From contig OX597841.1 in the NCBI GenBank assembly GCA_951406725.2, forward strand, positions 7,378,001 through 7,442,000: a DNA stretch of 64,000 nucleotides, read 5' to 3'. The stretch is from Octopus vulgaris. Taxonomy: Eukaryota. The notes below the pieces were generated by a model. It did not search any database and was not told the DNA's origin. It saw nothing but the letters and a program-made list of their open reading frames with translations. Shown piece by piece: positions 1 to 15,343 of the stretch. The position numbers and the translations under genes were made by a program. The stretch's first letter is position 1. Every line of letters begins with the position of its first letter.

Positions 1-69
<69 letters not shown>

Positions 70-119
70 AGATAAGAAAATGGAGAAATACGTGTGTATG
101 TGTGTGTATATATGTATAT

Positions 120-314
120 CAGTAGTTCCCAATGCTTCTGCACTTGCGACCCCTTAGCCAAAAGCTTGAAGCCCATGCGACCCCCGACTATCAACAGCTT
201 GATTTACATTTTAATTAATTAATACTATCCCAAGCCACTTCCAGCGAGGCTACGTGACCCTGCTCTTAAGGTTTGACGACCCCTCAGCGGTCGGCAAGGA
301 CGGGTTGGGGACCC

Positions 315-317
<3 letters not shown>
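120..317. mobile_element. hAT/Charlie-like MITE
   Basis: Imperfect TIRs cagtagttcccaa (120) / ttggggacccctg (305-317), internal gacccc motifs, TA-rich flanks. Confidence 0.55.
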
Positions 318-362
<45 letters not shown>

Positions 363-368
363 TGGATG

Positions 369-484
<116 letters not shown>

Positions 485-1384
485 TATTACCTTTGAAACA
501 CGCATTGAGTCGAACCAGGGGCAGCTGATGAAGTGGAATTTTCCTTGTATTGTTTGTCCTGTACTCTGTTTTTTCGTTGTTAAAAAAAGTCCGTTTCCTT
601 GTTTGATTTTATGTTTTCGTTTCTCGTTGTGTTCTACGTTTATTTGTGGTGTCCTGTACTCATATATATATATCTATATATGCTCGTATATATACATGTA
701 GATGTAAGTACGTACATATATGTACGTATATATGCATATATTTTAATTATTTATTCTATTGTTATTATATGACCGAATGCACGCGTCGTTTCTCTTCTCC
801 AAGTAAGTTTTTATTTATATATATATATATTTATATATATACACACACACACACACACGTGCATGCACACATACATATATATGCATGCAGATACGTATAC
901 AAAAAAACCCCAAAATACTGATAAAGTGTTTGTGAAACCGTTGTGCAATTATGCAAGAGAAACCAGTTGCTCCCTCCATCCTCTTCGTTAATTGGAATAT
1001 AAACTCTTCCGATATTTACGTTTCTTCAAAGATATCATCATCGAAGCAATCCCTTTTCGCTGTGTAACAACCCTTTCCACTGTTTGCCCAAAGCTTGAAA
1101 TTTTGGTGGAGGGAATTGATTGATTATACTGATCCCCAGTGTTTCACTGGTACTTTATTTATCGACCCCCAAAGGATGAAAGGCAAAATTGACCTTTTTT
1201 TTCACTTTTTAAACTTTTTATGGGTTTCTACTTGGATAGAATTACTGTAGCGTTAATAAGTTCACATAAAGAAATCTATGATTTAAACGGATTATTAAGA
1301 TATATCCGAGCGAATCTCTGTCAACTTCTCACTTGGAATCTTTCAGTGTCCGAGTTGCAATTAGTGCTACTTCTCGCTCTCTCT

Positions 1385-1431
<47 letters not shown>

Positions 1432-1699
1432 CGCTCAGTTTAGAGATGTTCCCCTTTACCTCATATATTTATTCAGTTATCAGATAGAGCAAGACGGAAC
1501 AATAATATTGATTTCTAGCATAGGTACAAGGCCTGAAATTTTGGTCTAGGGGTCTAGTTGGTATCACCGACCTCAGTACTTGACTGGTTACTATTTCGTC
1601 GATCTAGAAAGGAGCAAAAGGCAAAGTTGACCTCGGCGGGATTTGAACTCAGAACGTAGAGATTCACTACATGTTGCTATGCAGTTTACATGGCGTGCT

Positions 1700-2165
1700 A
1701 TTGATTCTGGTAACTCCCTGACGATGTCCTCCTTTTCCCAAAGAATCAAATCCCACAAATCCTCTGTCAAAATCCAATATGGAACTTCCAACAGCTACAT
1801 TATCCCACCGGTAGAGGATCGCCAGGGCTCGACCATATTCCAGCTGTTTCGGCCTCCGATTGAGAGAAACTGGGGGGAAACAGCGACCACACATGTTCAC
1901 CGTCAAGGAATCGATGGAGAGAGGTCGCAGCCTCAGTGCATACCTGCGTGTAATCAGCTACAGCATGTCCAATCGTTCGTTGAGCAGGTGTTGACAGCAA
2001 ATGCAGCGTTTGGCCAGTGGAATGCATCCGTCGCACAGAGAGCGGAATGGCAAGCGCTCCAGGTCGGTTAGACTTGAAATGAGGCGAGGCACAACGGTCA
2101 GGCAGTAATATATGATGGAGCTAATGTAAGTGTTCGCCGAATCCGCCTGACCAGTTAAGGATTAT
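1700..2165 (-). pseudogene. Degenerate Tx1/L1-type LINE ORF2 fragment (post-RT region)
   Basis: Minus-strand frames give ANTYISSIIYYCLTVVP..LERL..CICCQHLLN..RRYALRLR..FLDGEHVWS, with stops and frameshifts; same family as 21640-22830. Confidence 0.65.
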
Positions 2166-2379
2166 TTTTTTCTCAGCCTTTTTACTAGACTTCAAGGCAC
2201 TTGGCTACTGTTTCTAGCATAGATAGGTAAGAACCGATGGAGGGTACACGCGTCCTTGTTTCCCGGCCCTCAACATTTAGGATAGGAATAAACAACAGAA
2301 GCCCCGGAATAACATGTTTGTTAAGAGACGGAAAGACTGTTTGTTTCATATGAGAAACAATGCAATTCTGTTGGCATTT

Positions 2380-2870
2380 AGTTGTTGTTTCTAGCATGAT
2401 GTGAGTCTACTTATAGGATAATATTTTATAATTAATTCTAAAAGTGTCCTTCGTATTTATACATACAAACACTACACGGAAATTGAAAGGTTCTTGTTTG
2501 TTATGTCTACCATGATGTGAGACCCCACCTGTAGTACAATATTCTTACAGATGCTTCGTCCTCAAGTGTCCTTCAATTTTTATACACATCACATCACAGA
2601 TTTAAGGCCATTTGGTTGCTATTTCTCGCAATATGTGGGACCATATATTGTTCATTATATTTTAGAGATGGTTAAGTGTCCTATTTGCATACGAGAAATC
2701 GAAACCAATTTGAAGGCTCTTGCTTAATGTAGTCTAGCATGAAGAATGACCATATATGGCACAAATTCTTAAGGTGTCCTAATTTGTATAAAAATCGACG
2801 CAAATTTCAGGGTAGTTGACTGTTATTCCTAGCATGACGCAAAATCACATGTCGCGAATTTCTTTCCGTA
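2380..2870. repeat. Old degenerate tandem repeat (~110-120 bp period, core tttctagcatga...aagtgtcct)
   Basis: Core motif recurs near 2390, 2508, 2625, 2735 and 2830, and again at 4280-4530. Confidence 0.5.
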
Positions 2871-3058
2871 AATCTTTCTTAAATTCTTGTTCAATACCCA
2901 CAGTATTTAATTATATGAATTATGAACTACAAAATTAATTAATTTTCTTTCGAATCCAAATTTATAACTGTTTGAAGGGAGATAACTCTATACCTTTCGA
3001 AGATAGTTGTAGCCTCCCTTGGAATTACGTGATTTTTTGACAGGGCGGTAGGGGCTGC

Positions 3059-3093
<35 letters not shown>

Positions 3094-3411
3094 CATTCGT
3101 GGTGGGAGGGAAGAAGAGAGGGAAAAGAAAAATATGTGAGAGAGGGATAGCGAAAGGGGGAGGGACATAAAATGAAAGAAAAATGTTTAGTAAAAGAGAG
3201 AGAAAAGCTGAGAGAGAGAGCTAATGATAAAGAGAGTGAGAAAAAGCAAGAGAGGTGGAGTAAAGTCGGGAGGGAGAGAGAGAGATTATGTGTGTTCGCC
3301 ATCTAAATATTGCATAAGGGGGAGAACAACACAAATTTGTGACGACTTAGCTGTTATTTCCAGCATTATATGAAACCACATGCAGGAAAGTATTTTTTAA
3401 GAATACCTTTT

Positions 3412-4190
3412 TCGGGGGTCGGCTGAAAGGTCCATAGGCTGACCAAGATTCTCTCACGGAAGGTGACCAAATGGGGTTTATTTTCCGATATAGTCCCCCC
3501 TTGAAGTCCCGAAATTTCTTCTAAACAAAACAAGAACAAAGATCACTTTTCTCTCTGTCTCCCTTCTTCCTTTCTTTATCCCTTTTTCTCTTCTCTTTTC
3601 TTTCTCTCTCTTACCTTCTCTCATCCCTTTGGTGTTGCAGTGCTTGGCTCCGTTTGCTGAAGAAGCGCTCATCCTGTTGAGCAACAACAAAAAAAAAGGC
3701 ATCGACAGAAGATATGACATCATCATCACTACAATACTGGTTCCCAGCCAAATGCTACTTCATGTTGGGGATCAGATGGGGCCAAATCAGGAGAATAAGG
3801 AGGGCGATTAACCTGTTCAAAGCCACAGTCACGCACGGCAACCATTGAAACGAAGGACTTGTGTGCTGGAGCATTGTCTTGATGAAACAATTCCCCATTC
3901 TTCAGTTTTCCTTGGCGTTTGGTCTTGAGAGCATTCCACAACTGCCTCAGGGAGGTGGCAAAGCACTCTCCATTGGTGGTTTTGGCCCTTTTCGAGATGG
4001 TCAATATATATCACAAAACAGTGAGTTCATCGCCTTTCATGTTGGTGAAACGACCTTGTCCTTCTTTGGAGCAGGTGAGGCTGGGTTTCCAATGCATGGA
4101 CTGTCCCTTTGTTCCTGGCTCAAAGTGATGAACCCATCACCCATCCTGGGTTAGGAAACGTTGAAGAAAACCAGCAGGGTTTCTAGTTAC
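3412..4190 (-). mobile_element. mariner transposase remnant with 3' terminal region
   Basis: LFHQDNAPAHKS, PPYSPDLAPSD, HLAGNQYCSDDDVIS and the C-terminal GDYIGK*; about 120 bp of pyrimidine-rich sequence inserted at ~3503-3628; frameshifted. Confidence 0.9.
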
Positions 4191-5026
4191 CCCTACAAAA
4201 ATATTCTTCTATAGATGCTTCGTATTGCATCCTTCAGTGTTTATATGAAAAGCAGTATAAATTTCAAGATCATTAGCTTTTCTTTCTAGCATGTAGGGAC
4301 AAACCCTAGAGGTCAATTTCCTTTTAAAATACTTCAGTGTCCTTCAGTTTTTATTAGAAGAAAGTGAATATGAAGACATTTGGTTTCTGTTTCAAGCATA
4401 CTTATTAATGCTTTGTGGCGTGTCCTTCAATCTGGCTGTTGTCTCTAGTATGATATAAAACCACCAGTAGGATTATACTTTTACTGATTCCTACTAGACT
4501 GATGGTATTAGGATTTTATTTCTAGCATCACGTGGAACCACCTGTGGAAAATGTATTTTATAGGTGTTTCATAAACTGGGGTCAATTTGTCTGACTAAAA
4601 CTCAGCATGGCCGCAGACAACTGACTGAAACAAATGAAAGAGAAAAGATTTGTGTTTATGTGTGTGGGTGTATATACCCGTGGACACACAGACACACATA
4701 CTAGCAATAACACTCGTCGTTGGTCGGGTAACTACTTTTACTGTTTACTCCTCCTGTTTGTGTGTATTTTTAGAAGAGAAAAATATGTAATAACTGAAGT
4801 AGAAAATGTATCAGTTTCATACATGAGCTCCTGTTTGTTTATTATATGACAGTAATAAGTGAGTTGTCTGTGTTGATTTATTTATCAATACAGTAATGGA
4901 AATTATATAATACAATTAATTTAAAAAGGTAATTTACTCATTCTTGACTGTAATGATAGTAATGGTAAATTAAATTATTGAAGTATTCATGTTGCATTAA
5001 GAGTGAATATTTCTTTATAAACAATA

Positions 5027-5245
5027 CTCTTACTCTTTTCTCTTTTTACTTGTTTCAGTCATTTGACTGCGGCCATGCTGGAGCACCGCCTTTAGTCGAG
5101 CAAACTGACCCCGCGACTTATTCTTTTGTAAGCCCAGTACTTATCCTATCGGTCTCTTTTGCCGAACTGCTAAGTAACGGGGACATAAACACACCAGCAT
5201 CGGTTGTCAAGCAATGCTAGGGGGACAAACACATACACACAAACA
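5027..5245 (-). mobile_element. SINE family A, 3' half (a head-side fragment resumes at ~6008-6053)
   Basis: Matches the many family A copies in the window. Confidence 0.85.
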
Positions 5246-5255
5246 CACACACGCA

Positions 5256-5334
<79 letters not shown>

Positions 5335-5342
5335 ATATGTAT

Positions 5343-5572
5343 ATTATATTAAATTAGAGATAAAACCACTATTAGGCAAATCATACAATGAAAAACTTAA
5401 GCCAATACATAAGATTATTTAATTTATATTATTTAAATAAATATCAAAATTATTAAAAAAATATAATTAATACAACACTACGATCGTTTCATGGCTGTTA
5501 ATTTCTTTAAATTTTCAAGTTTTTCATTGTATGATATGCCTAATAGTGGTTTTATCTCTAATTTGATATAAT
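5343..5572. mobile_element. Penelope-like element end with ~56-bp inverted repeat
   Basis: 5343-5398 is the reverse complement of 5517-5572 (about 2 mismatches); minus-strand GAAAcgatcgTA hammerhead-type remnant between the arms. Confidence 0.55.
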
Positions 5573-5659
5573 TTATATAATATAATATAATATTTTACTA
5601 TAAAATTGGATTCAATCCTAAATCTGATTTTTCCCTGTAAGTTTGGATTTATTCCCTAA

Positions 5660-5727
<68 letters not shown>

Positions 5728-6056
5728 AAATGAGAAAATGGAGAAACATACCTAAATCAATCATCAACCATCAGATAATACCCAATCAATACTTTATTAA
5801 ACCATTACACAACAGCAATGACATTATACATAATATATTACAAATATAACAAGACATAGAAATAGAAATAGAAAATACATTTACATTGTAGCTGACAGCT
5901 GTATCGGCCGTGAAGACAGGTATGTCCCATTTAACCTATTAGCCATATAAAGCAGGTATAAATGAGACATTAACAAGAATGTCTCACGGCATTGATATAT
6001 ACATATATGCGACGGGCTTCTTTCAGTTTCCGTCTACTAAATCCACTCACAAGTTT

Positions 6057-6600
6057 CAGACCAGTTACTTTTAGTGTTTAACCCTAAATTTTATTTATGC
6101 TGATGACAAAAGAATGTTGGATGGGAAACTGTAACCGTTTCATTTGGAATGAGACATCAGATGGTATAACTGGTACACGAGGAATGAAGGCAGTCTCACC
6201 TTTGCCACCACCAATGAGAGTATTTGCCTCGATGCACTTCGTCATAAGTTTGTGCACAATTAATCTTGTACCATTGGATAACTTTGGTTGAGCATAATAG
6301 GGGTCCCTTTTTTGAGCTGAAGCCAATGAGGAGCTGTACCGGGTGGTTCCAGTAAGTTCATAAATTCGATGGGGTAGTTAACAACATCCTGATCGTCAAC
6401 GACGTCCTGATCGTCAACAACTCTCAATTAAGTGAATATTTCTCCTGCAAGCTTATTTCAACATGTTTTGGAGCCAGGATTGATCGCTCACAGATTCAAT
6501 CTGTATTGTTATGATTAATTATAAAGAAGATTAGGAAAGATTACATCCACCAAATCATTGACGGAATCAGTTGAATTACATGTTGGATCGAGTGTAACAA
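6057..6600 (-). pseudogene. Helitron Rep-Hel PIF1-family helicase fragment
   Basis: [48 protein letters not shown], with [14 protein letters not shown] upstream; frameshifted. Confidence 0.9.
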
Positions 6601-6819
6601 GTTTGGCAATAGCGCAGTAGCTTCCCTTGAACCAAGTACTTTCATTTTTCCGGAGAAAGGAAAAGACAGAATTTCGATTTTACATAGATAGGAAAAACAA
6701 TAGCTTCCATTGAAACCATTTACTTTCATTTTGCTGGACAAACAAACGAACAAAATGGAGTGTGTGAACATAGAAAAAAAAATCAATTTACATATATAAT
6801 AGTCAATTTCATGTTGAAG

Positions 6820-6925
6820 ATAAACAGACAGAGAGAAAGGAGCGGAAGAGAGAGAGAGAGAGAGAGAAAGGAGCGGGAGAGAGAGAGAGAGAAAGGAGCG
6901 GGAGAGAGAGAGAGAGAGAAAGGAG

Positions 6926-6962
<37 letters not shown>

Positions 6963-7190
6963 GAGCGGGGGAGATAGAGAAACAGGAGCGGGAGGGATAG
7001 AGATAAAGAGATAGAGAGGAAGGAGCGAGAGAGAGAGACGGAAAGGGAGGGAGAGAGAGAGAAAGGAGAGGGAGAGAGAGACAGAGAGAATTGAGCGGGA
7101 GAGAGAGAGAGAGAGAGAAAGGAGCAGGAGAGAGAGAGAAAGGAGCGGGAGAGAGAGAGAAAGGAGCGGGAGAGAGAGAGAAAGGAACGG

Positions 7191-7223
<33 letters not shown>

Positions 7224-7614
7224 GCGGGAGAGAGAGAGAAAGAAGTGGGAGAGAGAGAGAAAGGAGCCGGAGAGAGAGAGAGAGAGAGAAAGGAGCGGGA
7301 GAGAGAGAGAAAGGAGCGGGAGAGAGAGAGAAAGGAGCGGGAGAGAGAGAAAGGAACGGGAGAGAGAGAGAGAAAGGAGTGGGAGAGAGACAGAGAGAAT
7401 GGAGCGGGAGAGAGAGAGATAAAGAGACAGAGAGGAAGGAGAGAGAGAAAGGACCGGGAGGGAGAGAGAGATAAAGAGACAGACAGAGATAGAAAGGAGC
7501 GAGAGGGAGAGAGTGAGAGAGATAAAGAGACAGAGAGGAAGAAGCGAGAGAGAGAGATAAAGAGACGGAGAGGGAGGGAGAGAGAGAAAGCAGCGGAAGA
7601 GAGACAAATGATCA

Positions 7615-7662
<48 letters not shown>

Positions 7663-7935
7663 GCGGGAGGGAAAGAGAGATACAGAGACAGATAGAAAGG
7701 AGGGAGAGAGAGAGAGAGAGAAAGAAAGGAGTGGGAGAGGGAGAGATAAAGGAGTGGGAGAGAGAGAGAGAGGGAAAGGAGTGAAAGAGAGAGAGAGAGA
7801 AAGGAGCGGGAGAGAGAGAGAGAAAGGAGCGGGAGAGAGAGAGAGAGAAAAAGGAGCGGGAGAGAGAGAGAGAGAAAAAGGAGCGGGAGAGAGAGAGAGA
7901 GAAAGGAGGGAGAGAGAGAGAGAAAGGAGAGGGAG
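6820..7935. repeat. Polypurine GA-rich minisatellite (gagagaaaggagcggga variants)
   Basis: Direct reading. Confidence 0.95.
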
Positions 7936-8159
7936 CGTTTGACGGGAAAGCGGTTAAAGGAACAAAAATACCAGACTTCCACATTCGTCCTGGCGTTTTG
8001 TCTGATGACCTTTCACCTTTCACCTTTCACCTTTCACCTCTGACAAACACTATTTGCACCTTGTGCCTCCTCTCTTTCCCCTTCTCTCTCTTTCTCTGCT
8101 CCTTTTCCTTTATTTTCTCTCTCAAGCTATTTCTATTTCCTACAGACGCCCACGTATTA

Positions 8160-8515
8160 ACGCACACACACACACACACTCACACACACACACACATACA
8201 CACATACACACACACACACAGTCACATACATACACTCACACACACACGCATACACTCACACACTCACACATACATACACTCACACACACACATACACTCA
8301 CACACACATACACATACATACACTCACACACACACATACACACACACACACACACACTCACACACACACACACACACACATACATACACTCACACACACA
8401 CTCACACATACACACACAGTCACATACTTACACTCACACACACACACACTACACACACACACACACACTCACACACGCACATACACTCACACTCACACAC
8501 AGACACACACACACA

Positions 8516-8551
<36 letters not shown>

Positions 8552-8573
8552 TACACTCACACACACATACACT

Positions 8574-8604
<31 letters not shown>

Positions 8605-8665
8605 TCACACACACTCACACACATACACTCACACACACATACATACACTCACACACACATACACT

Positions 8666-8697
<32 letters not shown>

Positions 8698-8870
8698 TAC
8701 ACACACACACACATACACTCACACACACACACACACACTTACACACATACACTCACACTCACACACCTACACTCACACACACACACGCACACATACACAC
8801 ACAGGCAGTCGTCATACAGGGACACACATACACAAACATACACACACGCACACAATCAAACACACTCAAA
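8160..8870. repeat. (CA)n-derived compound microsatellite
   Basis: Direct reading. Confidence 0.95.
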
Positions 8871-8882
8871 CATATCTTTATA

Positions 8883-10175
8883 TCTTTATATATAAAAGTG
8901 AAGTTGTGTGTCTGTCCCCTTCGATTTAGATTCCTAACTACTCCCACATTTTGCGGTGCAGTTTAACCAAATTCGGGTATTTTATAGTCGTGATTCATAT
9001 CGAGCCCTTCTGGGTATTAGCGCGCGTCTACGAAGAGTCTACGATTTAAAAAATAATTTACCATAATTTTTTTCCATTTTAAAGCATATTTTTTAAATAA
9101 AGGGAAGTAACTCTCTAAAAATGTCTACGATGAGTCTACGATTTTAAAAAAAATTACCATAATTTTTTTCCATTTTTAATACATTTTTAAAACTATTTTT
9201 TGGCTATAACTCTCTAAAAATGCTTTATAGTTATTTCCCTTACAAACCCGAGCAACGCCGGGCGATACTGCTAGTCTATATATGTAAAACTCTAGTTGTG
9301 TGAGTGTCTGTCCCCTTCGATTTAGATTCCTAACTCCTCCCACATTTTGCGGTGCAGTTTAACCAAATTCGGGTATCTTATAGTCGTGATTCATATCGAG
9401 CCCGTCTGGCTATTAGCGCGCGTCTACGATGAGTCTACGATTTTAAAAATAATTTAACATCATTTTTTATTCCATTTTAATGCATAAAATGCATCGTATG
9501 TCGATGGCGGCGGAGTTGGCGTCCACGCTCACAGCTGCACCTGTTTGCTTCTCCCCCTTCCCTCCCTCGTGAAGCTGTGGGGAAGGGAGTGTAAAGAAAT
9601 CAACGTCGTAATGCGTTGTGAAGGAGACCAGCGTTCTTTTAGAACAACGACTTCATGGCTTGAAGACACCAAAACAAAAAATGGCTAAGAAAGCCCGAAT
9701 TTATAAGGGAAGTAACTCTCTAAAAATGCTTATATAGTTATTTCCCTTACAAACCCGAGCAACGCCGGGCGATACTGCTAGTTGTATATAAAAGAAAGGT
9801 TATGTGTCTATCTACTCCGATTTAGATTCCTAACTACTCCCACATTTTGCGATGCAGTTTAACCAAAACCGGGTATCTTATAGTCGTGATTCATATCGAG
9901 CCCTTCTGGGTATTAGCGCGCGTCTACGTTGAGTCTACGATTTTAAAAATAATTTACCATCATTTCTTTTCCATTTTAATACATTTTTTCGCTATTATAT
10001 AAGGGAAGTAACTCTCTAAAAATATCTACGATGAGTCAACGATTTAAAAAAAAATTTACCATCATTTTTTTCCATTTTTAATGCATTTTTTGCAACTTTT
10101 TGGCTATAACTCTCTAAAAATGCTTATATAGTTATTTCCCTTACAAACCCGAGCAACGCCGGGCGATACTGCTAG
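8883..10175 (+). mobile_element. Three head-to-tail non-autonomous Helitrons (8883-9274, 9275-9781, 9782-10175)
   Basis: Copies 1 and 2 start TC(t)tatata.. (copy 3 starts ttgtatata); all share gatttagattcctaact.. and end with the hairpin cccgagcaacgccggg followed by CTAG. Confidence 0.85.
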
Positions 10176-10247
10176 TATGTATATACATGTATGTATGTAC
10201 ACATATACATATGTGTGTGTGTGTTTGTATGTAATATATATGGTATA

Positions 10248-10651
10248 GGCGCAGGAGTGGCAGTGTGGTAAGTAGCTTGCTAACCAGCCACATGGTTCCG
10301 GGTTCAGTCCCACTGCGTGGCATCTTGGGCAAGTGTCATCTGCTATAGCCTCAGGCCGACCAATGCCTTGTGAGTGGATTTGGTAGACGGAAACTGAAAG
10401 AAGCCTGTCGTATATATGTATGTGTATATATGTGTATATGTTTGTGTGTCCGTATTTGTCCCCCTAGCATTGCTTGACAACCGACGCCGGTGTGTTTACG
10501 TCTCCGTCACGTAGCGGTTCGGCAAAAGAGACCGATAGAATAAGTACTGGGCTTACAAAGAATAAGTCCCGGGGTCGATTTGCTCGACTAAAAAGGCGGT
10601 GCTCCAGCATGGCCGCAGTCAAATGACTGAAACAAATAAAAGAGTAAAAGA

Positions 10652-10653
<2 letters not shown>
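10248..10653 (+). mobile_element. Full-length tRNA-derived SINE (family A)
   Basis: A-box TGGCAGTGTGG, B-box GGTTCAGTCCC, central microsatellite, tail ggcggtgctccagcatggccgcagtcaaatgactgaaac. Confidence 0.9.
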
Positions 10654-10696
<43 letters not shown>

Positions 10697-11269
10697 AATG
10701 TATATGCATACATATATGTGTGTGTGTGTTTGTATGTAATATATATATATATATATACACACACAAATGTATATGCCTACACACGTTACACACATGCTCA
10801 CAGACATAACATACATCTATATATAAGTATATATGTATGTACGTATACAGAGAGAGAGAGAGAGAAGACGTGCGCACACATACACACACGTATACATTAA
10901 CGTAAACACACATACCTACACATATACGTACGCATACACTCATACAAACACACACACACACACACACTTACACGCGCGCGCACATGCACAGATACATACA
11001 TAGACACCGCTTGCGCAAAAACAGGCGATTGTCCATGTGAGCACATGGCATGCTAGAAATAACAGCCAAACCACCCGTCGCTCCCAAGTTTTATGTCCTT
11101 ACAAAGAAAAGAGCGGTGTCCACTACACAAACGGGATGGTCGCAGTTGGAACGTCTTTCGGCATAGTTCTGCACAAACAGGTTTAACCTGGATTTCAGTA
11201 ACAATGACAATCGTACGGACATTGCATCAAAAACTACTGTATATAAACATCCCAGTTTGTACGCACTCG

Positions 11270-12780
<1,511 letters not shown>

Positions 12781-12982
12781 CACTCCTAATTTCTTTCACT
12801 CGTTTAAGTCGTTTGACTGCGGCCATGCTGGAGCACCGGCTCGGACGGTTCTAGTTGTAACAAATCGACTAAATTTTTTGAAGTCTGCCATGTCCCCTAT
12901 CGCCCTCTTTTGCCAAACACTGCTAAATTAGGAACGTAAACATAACAACACCGGTTGTGAAGTGACAGCAGCGAACACACGC

Positions 12983-13014
<32 letters not shown>

Positions 13015-13071
13015 GCATGCCGCATATATACACTGCACCAATACATATCTATAAATAACATTTGAATCAAT

Positions 13072-13540
13072 ACCACCACCGCAACCACCACCGCAACCAC
13101 CACCGCCACCATAACCACCACCACCACCACAACCACCACCATAACCACCACCACCACCACTACCACCACCATAACCACCACCACCACCACTACCACCACA
13201 ACCACCACCACCACCACCACCACCACCACCACCACAACCACCACCACAACCACCACAACCACCACCACGACAACTACTACCACCATAACCACCACCACGA
13301 CAACTACTACCACCATAACCACCACCACCACCACTACCACCACAACTACCACCACAACCACCACAACCACCACCACCACAACCACCACCACAACCACCAC
13401 AACCACCACCACGACAACTACTACCACCATAACCACCACCACCACCACTACCACCACAACCACCACCACAACCACCACAACCACCACCACCACAACCACC
13501 ACCACAACCACCACAACCACCACCACCACCACCACCGCCA
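13072..13540. repeat. (ACC/AAC)n trinucleotide array
   Basis: Direct reading. Confidence 0.95.
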
Positions 13541-13849
13541 TTTGCAACACCGCCACCCCCACTGACTCCCCCCACCCCCACTGACTCCCCCCACCACCAC
13601 GACAACTACTACCACCGCAACCAGTACAACGAAGACTGCAGTGAAAGCAGAACCACCACCGCCGCCGCCGTCACCCCCCTCCCCCCACACAGTGGCTCCC
13701 CCCCCCCCCAGCTTTCTCTCCACCCCCACCCCCGTCACCGCCACCGCTAACCAAAGTAGTTTTATTGCAGTGAATTGCACCATTCGGATAATACGACCGT
13801 TCACAAGGTAAGAGAGACACACATCCACTCTGTGTGTGTGTGTGTGTGA

Positions 13850-14188
13850 TTCTTTTATTCTTTCGCTTGTATCAGTCATTTTGACCGCGGCCGTGCTGGA
13901 GCACCTCCTTTAGTCGAGCAAATCGACCCCAAGATTTATTCTTTGTAAGCCCAGTACTTATTCTACCGGTCTACACGAACGAACCTCCAAGTTACGGGGA
14001 CGTGAACACACCAACGTCGGTCGTCAAGTGACTGTTGGCCGGGCGGGGGAGGGGGGGGAAGGGACAAACACACCCACATAAACACATACGTATATATATG
14101 TATATACATAAACGACGGGCTTCTTTTCAGTTTCCATCTACCGAATCCACTCACAAGGCTTTGGTCGGCGGAAGACTATAGTAGAACA
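13850..14188 (-). mobile_element. SINE family A, 5'-truncated and diverged
   Basis: Family motifs. Confidence 0.8.
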
Positions 14189-14496
14189 CACACACTGACA
14201 CACACACACACACTGACACACGCACACACACGTACACACACTTGCACATATGTATATGCTCCAGCTTGGCCAAATATATACATATACCTAAATGTTCATA
14301 TATATACATACATATAATTATACATACATGTATATATATATATGTATATATATATATATTCATATATATGCATGTATATATATGTATGTATATATATTTA
14401 CATATGGATATATACATGTTTGTATATATATACGTATATATGCATGTAGGTATTTATACGTTACATGCATATATACGTATATATGCATGTATGTGT

Positions 14497-14808
14497 GGAG
14501 GCGCAATGGCCTAGTGGTTAGGGCAGCGGACTCACGGTCGTAGGACCGCGGTTTCGATTCCCAGACCGGGCGTTGTGAGTGTTTATCGAGTGAAAACACC
14601 TAAAGGCTCCACGAGGCTCCGGCAGGGGTTGGTGGTGATCCCTGCTGTACTCTTTCACCACTCTTTCTCCCACTCTTTCTTCTGTTGGCCTGCTCACTTA
14701 GCCAGCGGAGTGGCGTCATTCGAAGGCTAAAACAATGCGAAGCGCATTGTGACCAGCGATGTGTAACAACATCTGACAGTCTGGTCGGTGACGTGACGTT
14801 ACGTGATA
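14497..14808 (+). mobile_element. tRNA-derived SINE family B
   Basis: A-box TGGCCTAGTGG, B-box GTTTCGATTCC; second copy at 58478-58771. Confidence 0.85.
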
Positions 14809-15278
14809 TGCATGTATGTATATATACGTATATATATGTATGTATACATTATAAAGATATATATATGTCGGGCATGGCTGTGTGGTTAGGGAGCTTGCTT
14901 CCAAGCTATATGGTTTCGGGTTCAGTCCCACTGCGTGACACTTTGGGTAGGTGTCTTTCACTATAGCCCCGAGCCGACCGGAGCTTTGTGATTGAATTTC
15001 GGTAGGTGGAAGTTACTGCCGTGTGTGTACATGTGCGTGTAGGTGCTTGTGCCTCTCCGAAAGTGAGAGAGGGGTGTGTATATATGTTTATGGCTGTGTG
15101 GTTTGGGTGTTGCACTCAGTGGTTATTTTGGTGGCTGCATTGAGGGCTTGAGCAAAACTCGTCCCTTCACGTTGCTCCCTGAATGTATATATGTGTTTAT
15201 GAGTGTGCCTATTCATATGTTTGCGTGAGCATCCACATCTATACATTTGTGTGCATTGGAATAACTATATATCAATAT

Positions 15279-15317
<39 letters not shown>

Positions 15318-15343
15318 TATATGTATGTATGTATATATATATA

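Noticed and set aside
12928-13605. Gly/Cys/Tyr-rich loricrin- or keratin-associated-like ORF and His-rich ORF
   Set aside because: Readings of an (ACC/AAC)n array open in several frames; no ATG start or non-repetitive domain
14497-14575. tRNA genes (also 43484, 56640, 58478 and family A heads)
   Set aside because: The A/B boxes run into repeated SINE bodies and no complete cloverleaf is evident
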